From the NCBI GenBank assembly GCA_964563915.1, contig CAZLYW010000002.1, forward strand, positions 1-59,686: a stretch of DNA of 59,686 bases, written 5' to 3'. How positions within the stretch are numbered: position 1 is the first letter of the stretch; each line of letters begins with the position of its first letter. The DNA is from an uncultured Candidatus Peribacteria bacterium. Its GTDB lineage: Bacteria > Patescibacteriota > Gracilibacteria > Peribacterales > Peribacteraceae. The notes below the pieces were generated by a model. The model searched no databases, was not told the origin of the DNA, and saw only the letters and a program-made list of their open reading frames with translations. The position numbers and the translations under genes are program-made. Shown in pieces: positions 1 to 7,539 of the stretch.

Positions 1-12
1 TATAAGAGACAG
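1..12. other. Tn5/Nextera mosaic-end adapter remnant at contig edge
   Basis: The window begins TATAAGAGACAG, the last 12 nt of the 19-bp Tn5 mosaic end (AGATGTGTATAAGAGACAG). GyrA homology starts right after it. Confidence 0.75.
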
Positions 13-2055
13 TACCAGGTGAGTAAGAGCGCAATGATCGAGAAGATGGCGCAGCTGGTCAACGACAAAGTCATCCAGGGTATCAGCGACATCCGTGACG
101 AGAGCGATCGCGACGGCATCCGGATCATCATTGAACTCAAGAAGGATTCCTACCCACAGAAAATCCTGAACCAGCTCTTCAAGCACACGGATCTCCAGAG
201 CAGCTTCGGTTACAACATGATTGCACTCGCGGACGGCATCCAGCCCCGACTGCTGAACCTCGAGGAATTCCTGCAGATTTTCGTCAACCACCGCCGCGTG
301 GTCGTCCGGCGACGCATCACGTTCGACCGCGACCGCGCGAAGGAACGGGCGCACATCCTGGAAGGCCTCAAGAAAGCGCTCGATCACATTGACGAAGTCA
401 TCAAGACCATCAGGAAGAGCGAGACGAAGGAGATCGCGAAGGAGAATCTGGTGGAGAAATTCACACTCACGGCGATCCAGGCGGATGCCATCCTCCAGAT
501 GCGTCTGCAGACGCTCGCCGGACTCGAGCGGAAGAAGATCGAGGATGAGCTCAAGGAACAGAAGGAGTTCATCGCCGAGTGCGAAGCACTCCTCGCGAGC
601 CAGAAGAAGATGGACGGGAAGATCACTGAGGAACTGACAGAACTCAAGGCCTCCTACACCGATGGACGTCGCACGGCCATCGTCTCGCATGCGGTTGGCG
701 AATTCAGCGCGAAGGACACGATCCCGAATGCTCCCATGATCGTCACGCTGACGCAGGGGGGCTACGTGAAGCGCCTGTCCCCCGTCCAGTTCCGCGTTCA
801 GAACCGCGGCGGCAAGGGGGTCATCGGCATGACGGCGAAGGAGGACGATGAAGTGCTCTCGATGGTGCATGTGATGAACCACGACGACATGCTCTTCTTC
901 ACGAACACCGGACGCATCTTCAAGCTCCCGACGTATGAAGTGCCGCAAGCGGGCCGCATCGCCAAGGGGCAGGCCATCGTGAACCTCCTCCAACTTCAGC
1001 CCGAAGAGCGCATCACCGCCATCCTCAAAGCCGATCTCAAAGATAAGAAACATCTCTTCATGACGACCAACAAGGGAACGGTGAAGCGCACCGATCTGAC
1101 CGAGTTCGACAACATCCGCCGTTCCGGTCTCATTGCACAAAAGCTCCCGCTGGGCGACGAGCTCAAATGGGTGCTCTCGACGAGCGGCCGCGACGAGGTC
1201 TACATCTTGACGAAGAAAGGGAAGTCGATCCGTTTCAAAGAAGACGAAGTCCGTTCGATGGGCCGCGCAGCGGCCGGCGTCCGCGGCATCCACCTGGCCC
1301 CTGGCGACGAAGTGGTCGAAGCCGCGCTCATCACCGATCCCAAGAAGTCCAAGCTCCTCGTCGTCATGCAAAACGGGCTCGGCAAGATGACCGCCGTTGA
1401 GGAGTACCGTCTCCAGGGCAGGGGAGGGACGGGCGTCAAAGCCGCGCAGCTCACGCCCAAGACCGGCGACATTGTCGGCGGACACGTGCTCACGGAAGGC
1501 GAAGAGGGAGATCTCCTCTGCATCAGCAAGCATGGCCAGATGATCCGCATGAAGCTCAGCGACATCCCCAGCCGCGGCCGCGCCACGCAGGGTGTCATCG
1601 TCATGCGCCTCACGGGCAGCGACAAAGTGGCGACGATGAGCGTGATTCTGGAGGACAAGGAGGGGCAGGAGGCGATCGCGGAAGCGGCGGAGGTCGAACG
1701 CGCGGAAGAAGTCGAGGCCATCGTCGACGATACCAAAGCAGTGAAGCGTGCGGAACGACGTGCCGCGCAGAAGACCGTGGAGTCCCTCACGGCCGCTGGG
1801 GTCTCCCTCGAGGAGGCGAAGGTGGCGGTGATGGAGAAGCCGAGGATTCAGGCGCCGGCCCTTGTGAAGGAGGCAAAAGAGGCAAAGGAGAAAAAAGAGT
1901 CAAAAGAGAAACCCGGGAGGAAGTTGTCCAAGTCTCCAGCCAAAGCTCATCCGAAGCCTGTCCAGCGTGGATCTTCGATCCGCGGAAAGGCGGCCGCCAA
2001 GAAGAAACCGGCTGTGAAAGCGAAGGCGAAACCTGCGAAGAAGAAACGACGATAA
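13..2055 (+). CDS. gyrA: DNA gyrase subunit A, 5'-truncated by the window edge, with a long low-complexity C-terminal tail
   Basis: The frame is open from nt 13. Typical GyrA segments are present (DESDRDGIRIIIELKKD, LQSSFGYNMIAL, AHILEGL), followed by beta-pinwheel repeats (NRGGKGV, GRGGTGV, GRATQGV). The last ~130 aa are acidic and then Lys/Ala/Pro-rich. Confidence 0.95.
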   Translation, partial: YQVSKSAMIEKMAQLVNDKVIQGISDIRDESDRDGIRIIIELKKDSYPQKILNQLFKHTDLQSSFGYNMIALADGIQPRLLNLEEFLQIFVNHRRVVVRRRITFDRDRAKERAHILEGLKKALDHIDEVIKTIRKSETKEIAKENLVEKFTLTAIQADAILQMRLQTLAGLERKKIEDELKEQKEFIAECEALLASQKKMDGKITEELTELKASYTDGRRTAIVSHAVGEFSAKDTIPNAPMIVTLTQGGYVKRLSPVQFRVQNRGGKGVIGMTAKEDDEVLSMVHVMNHDDMLFFTNTGRIFKLPTYEVPQAGRIAKGQAIVNLLQLQPEERITAILKADLKDKKHLFMTTNKGTVKRTDLTEFDNIRRSGLIAQKLPLGDELKWVLSTSGRDEVYILTKKGKSIRFKEDEVRSMGRAAAGVRGIHLAPGDEVVEAALITDPKKSKLLVVMQNGLGKMTAVEEYRLQGRGGTGVKAAQLTPKTGDIVGGHVLTEGEEGDLLCISKHGQMIRMKLSDIPSRGRATQGVIVMRLTGSDKVATMSVILEDKEGQEAIAEAAEVERAEEVEAIVDDTKAVKRAERRAAQKTVESLTAAGVSLEEAKVAVMEKPRIQAPALVKEAKEAKEKKESKEKPGRKLSKSPAKAHPKPVQRGSSIRGKAAAKKKPAVKAKAKPAKKKRR

Positions 2056-2066
2056 GGTTCCTCCGT

Positions 2067-2264
2067 TCACTGAGGTTTCTTGTCGATGTAGACAGGCGTA
2101 GGCAGGTCCTGATCAGGTTCAGGCGACAGGTCAGAGTCAAGTTTCAGTTTATCCAAAATCACAAACCTGATATCTCTCATGTCATTCGACAGTCGTTGCG
2201 TCAGATCACAGCAGTCGAGGATAATCGACCGCTTCCTGCCAGGATCGAGATTGAAATATTCCAT
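2067..2264 (-). CDS. hypothetical 65-aa protein translationally coupled to vapC
   Basis: The ATG at 2264-2262 overlaps the vapC TGA (2266-2264) by 1 nt (TGATG). No recognisable domain. The segment is more AT-rich than its surroundings. Confidence 0.35.
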   Translation of the reverse strand: MEYFNLDPGRKRSIILDCCDLTQRLSNDMRDIRFVILDKLKLDSDLSPEPDQDLPTPVYIDKKPQ

Positions 2265-2671
2265 CAGCGGGATCCTACCCAATTCTCGACTTTCAATCCA
2301 GGGACCCTGCGAAATTCCCGGAAGTTATTTGTGATGAGAGTGACGCCGAGGGCTTTGGCATGCGCGGCGATGAGCAAATCCATGCTGCCGATCATTGATC
2401 CGCGTTTGTGGAGATGCGCCCGAATTATTCCGTATTCCTGCGCGGCATCCTCGTCAAAATCCCCGAGAGTGAGAGGAGAAAGGAACATGTGCAGAAGAGT
2501 TGCGTTCTTCTCCCGATGATTACTGTTTTCCACTCCATACCATAACTCCGCGAGCGTGATGCTCGATACGCCGACGTCTTCGGGGTGTATCCCCGAAAAT
2601 ATACGATGCACTTCGGCGGGCTTGCCGTTCATGATGTAGATGCACGTATTGGTGTCGAGCATGTACATCAT
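2264..2671 (-). CDS. vapC: PIN-domain ribonuclease toxin VapC
   Basis: N-terminal MLDTNTCIY, a later LITNN motif, ~130 aa, and a 4-nt overlap with an upstream AbrB-type antitoxin gene. Confidence 0.9.
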   Translation of the reverse strand: MMYMLDTNTCIYIMNGKPAEVHRIFSGIHPEDVGVSSITLAELWYGVENSNHREKNATLLHMFLSPLTLGDFDEDAAQEYGIIRAHLHKRGSMIGSMDLLIAAHAKALGVTLITNNFREFRRVPGLKVENWVGSR

Positions 2672-2904
2672 CGCCGGAGGCCGGGACGTTTCTGCACCGG
2701 CAGTTGTTCTCTGCCGTGGGCAAAGAAATCATCGGAAAACTTTCCGCAAGCTTCAAGAATGGGTTTCCACGTTCGATGCACGGGGCGCAGAAGCACGCCA
2801 TCCTCCATTTTCTCGATGCGCACTTCTTTCCCGATGAACCGAAATTCCTTCGGCAGCCGGACAGCCTGGCTGCGGCCGTTCTGGAACAGTTTTGCGGTCG
2901 TCAT
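2668..2904 (-). CDS. vapB: AbrB/SpoVT-type antitoxin VapB
   Basis: TAKLFQNGRSQAVRLPKEFRF..EV.I is the classic SpoVT-AbrB swapped-hairpin motif. I chose the internal ATG at 2904; the ORF track start at 2922 adds 6 aa. Confidence 0.85.
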   Translation of the reverse strand: MTTAKLFQNGRSQAVRLPKEFRFIGKEVRIEKMEDGVLLRPVHRTWKPILEACGKFSDDFFAHGREQLPVQKRPGLRR

Positions 2905-2969
2905 GGAATAAGTATATATCATTGGTATATACTTGGCAAGAGCAAAAATCCCTGTATCATCCCGCGGTC

Positions 2970-3293
2970 ATGAAAACCGGCATCCACCCCCAAATGTTCA
3001 CCGATGCCAAGACGACCTGCGTAACGTGCAAGGCCGTCTTCCTGATCCCGAGCACGGTCAAAGACCAGCAGGTGGAAGTCTGCCGCATGTGCCACCCCGT
3101 CTACACCGGCAAGAAGCAGACCGAAGCCCGTGGCGGCCGCGTGGAACGGTTCCGCAAGATTCAGGCGGCGGCCCGTTCGGCAAGCTCCCGTTCGGCAGGT
3201 TCGACCCGTTCGACTAGTTCGACAAGCTCACGGCAGGCAAGCTCAGGGCCTTCGGCAGGGAAGACACGGCAGGCTCCGGGAAAGAAGAAGTGA
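2970..3293 (+). CDS. rpmE: 50S ribosomal protein L31 with a ~40-aa Ser/Arg-rich C-terminal extension
   Basis: MKTGIHP...C..C(16)C..CHPVYTGK...GRVERF is the L31 signature. The ATG at 2970 was chosen inside the longer ORF 2892-3293. Confidence 0.9.
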   Translation: MKTGIHPQMFTDAKTTCVTCKAVFLIPSTVKDQQVEVCRMCHPVYTGKKQTEARGGRVERFRKIQAAARSASSRSAGSTRSTSSTSSRQASSGPSAGKTRQAPGKKK

Positions 3294-3310
3294 CAACAAG
3301 AAGTGACAAC
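3285..3310 (+). repeat. perfect 13-bp tandem duplication (AAGAAGTGACAAC x2) spanning the rpmE stop codon
   Basis: Direct reading: 3285-3297 equals 3298-3310. Each copy contains TGA. Confidence 0.9.
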
Positions 3311-3329
3311 ACCTAAAAGAAGCTCCCGA

Positions 3330-3354
3330 TAGCACTCGCTCGTCAAGACTGCTA
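3330..3354 (+). promoter_or_regulatory. CIRCE-like HrcA operator upstream of hrcA
   Basis: TAGCACTC-N9-GACTGCTA compared with the consensus TTAGCACTC-N9-GAGTGCTAA. It lies 10 nt upstream of the hrcA ATG. A TATACT hexamer (3353-3358) overlaps its right arm. Confidence 0.7.
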
Positions 3355-3364
3355 TACTTTTGGT

Positions 3365-4078
3365 ATGGACCCCCGCCAAAGCAAGCTCCTCGTGGCGATC
3401 ATCGATCAATTCATCCAGACCGCCGCGCCGGTCGGGAGTAAGCATCTCCTGAGCCACAGCACGGAGTTTTCTCTTTCGGGAGCGACGATCCGGAATGAAA
3501 TGCGCGCGCTGGGAGACGAGGGCTACCTCGACCAGCCGCACATCTCCGCGGGACGCGTGCCGACGGCGAAGGGGTATCGAATTTACGTGAAGGAGTATCT
3601 GGATCCTTCCGCACAGGAGAAGGCCGTGCGGAAGAAATTCATGACGCTCAAAGAACAGTACTTCCTGCGCAAGGATCAAGAACGCGCGTACGAAGCGGTC
3701 GGACTCCTGAGTCAGATGATCCCCAACGTTGCCTTCGCGACGGTGCCGCACAAGCCTGGTGTGTACTTCCTCGGTCTCGCGCACGCGTTGCGGCAGATCG
3801 AATTCCAGCAGAATCCGCTGCTCGCGAGTGCGGTGGTCGAAGTCCTCGAAGAGCGGTTGACCGGCGTCCTCGGATCGATCGATATCGATGAGAACGTTCG
3901 CTACTACATCGGCGAGGAGCACATCCTGCCGCAGTTCCAGAGCTGCGCGATGATGATCACGGGATACAGTGTGCGCGGGAACAAGGGAGTCATTGGGATT
4001 CTCGGGCATATGAGAATGGACTACTCATACAACACCGTAGCGCTCGAAATGGTTGCTGATCTTCTTCGATCGGCGTGA
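3365..4078 (+). CDS. hrcA: heat-inducible transcription repressor HrcA (short form, 237 aa)
   Basis: The N-terminal winged helix (LLVAIIDQFIQTAAPVGSKHL...ATIRNEMRALGDEGYLDQPHISAGRVPTAKGYR) is HrcA-typical and is preceded by CIRCE. The protein is markedly shorter than the usual ~340 aa. Confidence 0.8.
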   Translation: MDPRQSKLLVAIIDQFIQTAAPVGSKHLLSHSTEFSLSGATIRNEMRALGDEGYLDQPHISAGRVPTAKGYRIYVKEYLDPSAQEKAVRKKFMTLKEQYFLRKDQERAYEAVGLLSQMIPNVAFATVPHKPGVYFLGLAHALRQIEFQQNPLLASAVVEVLEERLTGVLGSIDIDENVRYYIGEEHILPQFQSCAMMITGYSVRGNKGVIGILGHMRMDYSYNTVALEMVADLLRSA

Positions 4079-4080
4079 TG

Positions 4081-4160
4081 AATGTAAACGAGGCAAACAA
4101 CATAAACGAGGAAAACGAGGATCGTCATTTACATTGTTTTCTTCGTTTCCCTCGTTTTCC
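4081..4160 (+). repeat. ~80-nt purine-arm/pyrimidine-arm leader element, copy 1 (upstream of T4CP-like paralog 1)
   Basis: AATGTAAA (4081-88) pairs with TTTACATT (4128-35). GGAAAACGAGG (4110-20) pairs with CCTCGTTTTCC (4150-60). The whole element recurs inverted at 12371-12448. Confidence 0.75.
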
Positions 4161-4197
4161 TTGATCCAAGTTTCTCACAAGCGGAAGGGCCTGAACT

Positions 4198-6984
4198 ATG
4201 CTATACTCAAGCGTAATAATGGCTTCAGAAACCGACCAAATCCTGCTCCGCATTCGCCCGTCTCTCCCCGATCCGGACGAAGTTTCGGCGTCGCGCGGGC
4301 CGTTGATGATGGAGGCGGTCCTTTCGTCTCTCCATTCTTTGAAGGGAAATGATCCTGTGAGCCTCGAAATCGGTCTCTGCGATGGGAAGATCGCTCTCTT
4401 TGTACGCTCGACACGTCGTGCGGCCCCGCTCGTCGAAAGCCAGCTCTACGCGCAGTATCCCGATGCCGAGATCGAGCCAGTGCCTGCCGATACGTTCAGT
4501 CCGCGGCAGGATGAGATCGTCCTGAGTCGGGATCTGACGCTCATCGACCCCGAGGTCTACCCGATCAAGCGGTTCCCGCAGTACGTCGACATGGTGACGC
4601 GCCAGACCATCGATACGATCGCCGGCATCACGTCCTCGATGGTGCGCTATCCCGTCTCTGGCATGCGCGGGCACGTGAGTGTCACGATCCTGCCCATTGG
4701 CAAGCGCTACCGCCGTCGAGCGCTGCGATTTTTGCCGTTGCTACTCCAGGGCCTCCCGAAACACTGGGATTGGTACGAGGATCTCTTCGCCACAGCGCAC
4801 CTTGCGCGCGGCTGGAGGCGCTTCGCGTACTTTCCGCTCGATATGCTCATGGGCGGATTCCGCGCTTGGTTCATGAAGTTACCGTCGGTGTCCCTCTCGG
4901 CCGGAGACGTGGATACGCGTGATCATGATGACGAAGAGAACGTCGTCGGCATGCGCAACCACGACCGCGAGAACAAGGAAACGGGCGCGGTCGACAAGCT
5001 CAACCGGCTGCTGTTCACCTGCAATGTCCGCGTGAGCGTCATCACCTCTGCATCCGCCCGTACAGAAGCCGAAGCGAAGATGGAGGAGATCGCCGGAAGC
5101 TTCCGACAATTCAATTTGCCGCACTGCAACGGATTCGCCGTGGGCCACCTCTGGGAGAGTACGACACTCCCGCTCGGGTTTCACGAACCTCCCTACGTCC
5201 TCTCGAACGAAGAGGTCGCAACCCTCTGGCACGTGCCCAATATTCTGGTCAAAACGCCGAATTTTGATTGGGTCCTGAGTAGAAAGTTGGAACCGCCCGT
5301 CGATCTCCCTGTTGCGGCCCCTACCTCCCAACCCTCACCCGCCGCCGCGACGGCGGCACCCTCTCCCGCAAGCGGGAGAGGGGAGAATCCCGATCAGGAT
5401 GATCTCACAGTTCTTGGAGAGGCCGTGTTCCGCGGTCACCGCACGAAATTCGGCATCCGACCCGACGACCGCCGCCGGCACATCTACACCATCGGGAAAA
5501 CCGGCATGGGCAAATCGACGCTGCTCGAGAACATGCTCTACTCGGATATCATTGCGGGAAAGGGCGTCGCGCTCATCGAACCGCACGGCGATCTCGTCGA
5601 AGCCGTCCTGAAGTTCATTCCGAAGGAGCGCACGAACGACGTGATCCTCTTCGATCCTGCCGATAAGGAGCACCCCGTCGCCTTCAACATGCTCAGCTGC
5701 AAGGATCCCGAACAAGGCGTGCTCGTCGTCTCCGGGCTCATGAGCATCTTCAAGAAAATGTGGCCCGAGGCGTTCAGTGGCCGCATGGAATACATCCTGC
5801 GCAACACCCTCCTGGCACTCATCGAAGCGGGGAACCAGTCCATGCTCGGCATCATGCGCATGTTCAGCGATCCCGCGTTCCGGAAGAAGATCCTCGAGCA
5901 CGTCGGAAACCACATGGTCAAAAGCTTCTGGGAGGACGAGTTCACGGCGTGGTCCGAAAAGTATCAGACCGAAGCGCTCGCCGCGATTCAGAACAAGATT
6001 GGCCAGCTCCTCAGTGCGCCGCTCATCCGCAACATCGTCGGCCAGGTCGTCTCCAAGGTCGATTTCCGCCACGCGATGGATACGGGGAAGATCGTCCTCA
6101 TGAACCTCAGCAAAGGACGTCTGGGAGAGGATAACTCGGCATTCCTCGGATCGATGTTCGTGACGAAGTTCCAGCTCGATGCAATGAGCAGGGCAGATAT
6201 TCCGGAGAAAGACCGGCGCGACTTCTACCTCTACGTCGACGAGTTCCAGAACTTCGCGACGGAATCCTTCGCGACGATCCTCTCTGAAGCTCGCAAGTAC
6301 CGGCTCAACTTGACCGTCGCACACCAGTACGTCAATCAGTTGCTCCTCGACGGCAACAACACCGCCTTGCGCGACGCCGTCTTCGGCAACGTGGGATCGG
6401 TCATCTGCTTCCAGGTCGGCAGCGACGACGCGGAGCCGCTCAGCGAGCAATTCGAGGAAATGGTCCTGCCAAAGGACATTCTCAGTCTGCCCAAGTACCA
6501 CGCGTACGTCCGTTTGATGATCAACGGCGTCCCCAGTAAGCCGTTCTCCGTCTCCACGCTTCCGCCGCCGGATCTGCAGCTCGATGAGAAGCGCATGGAG
6601 ACCATCCGGCGCCTTTCAAGCGAACGCTACGCCGAAGACCGCAAAACCGTCGAAGACAAGATCACCAAGTGGGTCCAGAGTGCCCGCGAGAGCGCGGGAG
6701 AAGTCAAAACTGCCGCCAAACTCAGAGAGAAAGAGGAAGAGGAGAAGAAGAAGGCGAAGGCGAAGGGCATGACGCTTGAGGACTATCGCAAGTGGCGCGA
6801 CCGCGAAATGTGGTTGAACGACTTCAACATGCTTCGGAAGAAGAAGTTCAAGGGCGAAGCCCTCACGAAGGATGACGAAGCGAAGATGGCGGAGCTTGAG
6901 AAAAAGCTCGAAGCGAGTGGGGGAGTGCCTCCTCCGAGTAAGACGATGATGGCGGAAATCGAAAAGGGGAAGAAGATGGCGTGA
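4198..6984 (+). CDS. T4SS coupling-protein-like (TraD/VirD4/TrwB-type) P-loop ATPase with a ~400-aa N-terminal domain, paralog 1
   Basis: Walker A IGKTGMGKST, EPHGDLV, Walker B FYLYVDEFQNFAT and ILSEARKYRLNLTVAHQY are present. It aligns along its whole length with the 22517-24673 ORF. The C-terminal tail is Lys/Glu-rich. Confidence 0.8.
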   Translation: MLYSSVIMASETDQILLRIRPSLPDPDEVSASRGPLMMEAVLSSLHSLKGNDPVSLEIGLCDGKIALFVRSTRRAAPLVESQLYAQYPDAEIEPVPADTFSPRQDEIVLSRDLTLIDPEVYPIKRFPQYVDMVTRQTIDTIAGITSSMVRYPVSGMRGHVSVTILPIGKRYRRRALRFLPLLLQGLPKHWDWYEDLFATAHLARGWRRFAYFPLDMLMGGFRAWFMKLPSVSLSAGDVDTRDHDDEENVVGMRNHDRENKETGAVDKLNRLLFTCNVRVSVITSASARTEAEAKMEEIAGSFRQFNLPHCNGFAVGHLWESTTLPLGFHEPPYVLSNEEVATLWHVPNILVKTPNFDWVLSRKLEPPVDLPVAAPTSQPSPAAATAAPSPASGRGENPDQDDLTVLGEAVFRGHRTKFGIRPDDRRRHIYTIGKTGMGKSTLLENMLYSDIIAGKGVALIEPHGDLVEAVLKFIPKERTNDVILFDPADKEHPVAFNMLSCKDPEQGVLVVSGLMSIFKKMWPEAFSGRMEYILRNTLLALIEAGNQSMLGIMRMFSDPAFRKKILEHVGNHMVKSFWEDEFTAWSEKYQTEALAAIQNKIGQLLSAPLIRNIVGQVVSKVDFRHAMDTGKIVLMNLSKGRLGEDNSAFLGSMFVTKFQLDAMSRADIPEKDRRDFYLYVDEFQNFATESFATILSEARKYRLNLTVAHQYVNQLLLDGNNTALRDAVFGNVGSVICFQVGSDDAEPLSEQFEEMVLPKDILSLPKYHAYVRLMINGVPSKPFSVSTLPPPDLQLDEKRMETIRRLSSERYAEDRKTVEDKITKWVQSARESAGEVKTAAKLREKEEEEKKKAKAKGMTLEDYRKWRDREMWLNDFNMLRKKKFKGEALTKDDEAKMAELEKKLEASGGVPPPSKTMMAEIEKGKKMA
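5359..5382 (+). repeat. perfect 11-bp-stem hairpin (CCCTCTCCCGC-AA-GCGGGAGAGGG) read in frame inside the T4CP-like CDS
   Basis: Direct reading. It encodes part of PSPASGRGE in a Pro/Ala-rich linker that is much shorter in the paralog. Confidence 0.85.
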
Positions 6985-7331
6985 TACTCATTGGCATTAA
7001 GGAACCTCTGAATAATCATGCAGACGTATCATGCGGAATGAATTCCACATTTCATGCAACGGGGTAGCCTTAACAAAAGGACCAGCAATCGCTGGCCATT
7101 TTGTTTGTGTGTCTTCCTCCTCGGCTATCTGGACCAATAGCGGTCCTGAGCGGTCGGAGGGTATTCACCCCTGTCTACCAGCTGCAGTTTCTTCTTTATG
7201 CTCGGAACCACCCGAGAAAACGCACAATGTTGCGTCTATACTGCGCTCACCCGTTCCCCGGAACGGATGGGCGGCTTGGCAGTGTTGTGACCCACCTTCG
7301 CTCGCTCGAAGCGAGCTTCGGTGGGCAGGCA

Positions 7332-7539
7332 GAGAGGATAGTGGCCACGCACTGACTCCCTCTTGGGGGAAGCCGGATGCAATGACGATCGCTATGCCCA
7401 GAAGTGTGCATACATGCAATGTAGTGGCCGGGAGGAACGTTTGCGACCCTGCCGTAGCTCCTGAGGAGCTCTCAGGTGACGAACGGGAGCCCAGTAACGC
7501 GGACGTCACTAGGCGTCGAAGGGTGGCCACTAGTCTCTC
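7332..7539. ncRNA. candidate structured RNA core within a 770-bp gene-free spacer (identity unknown)
   Basis: A long-range helix pairs GAGAGGATAGTGGCCAC (7332-48) with GTGGCCACTAGTCTCTC (7523-39), 15/17. It encloses several perfect local hairpins (AGCTCC-tga-GGAGCT, GTGACG...CGTCAC). Only Cys/Ser/Arg-rich junk ORFs occur here. The strand is unresolved. Confidence 0.25.
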
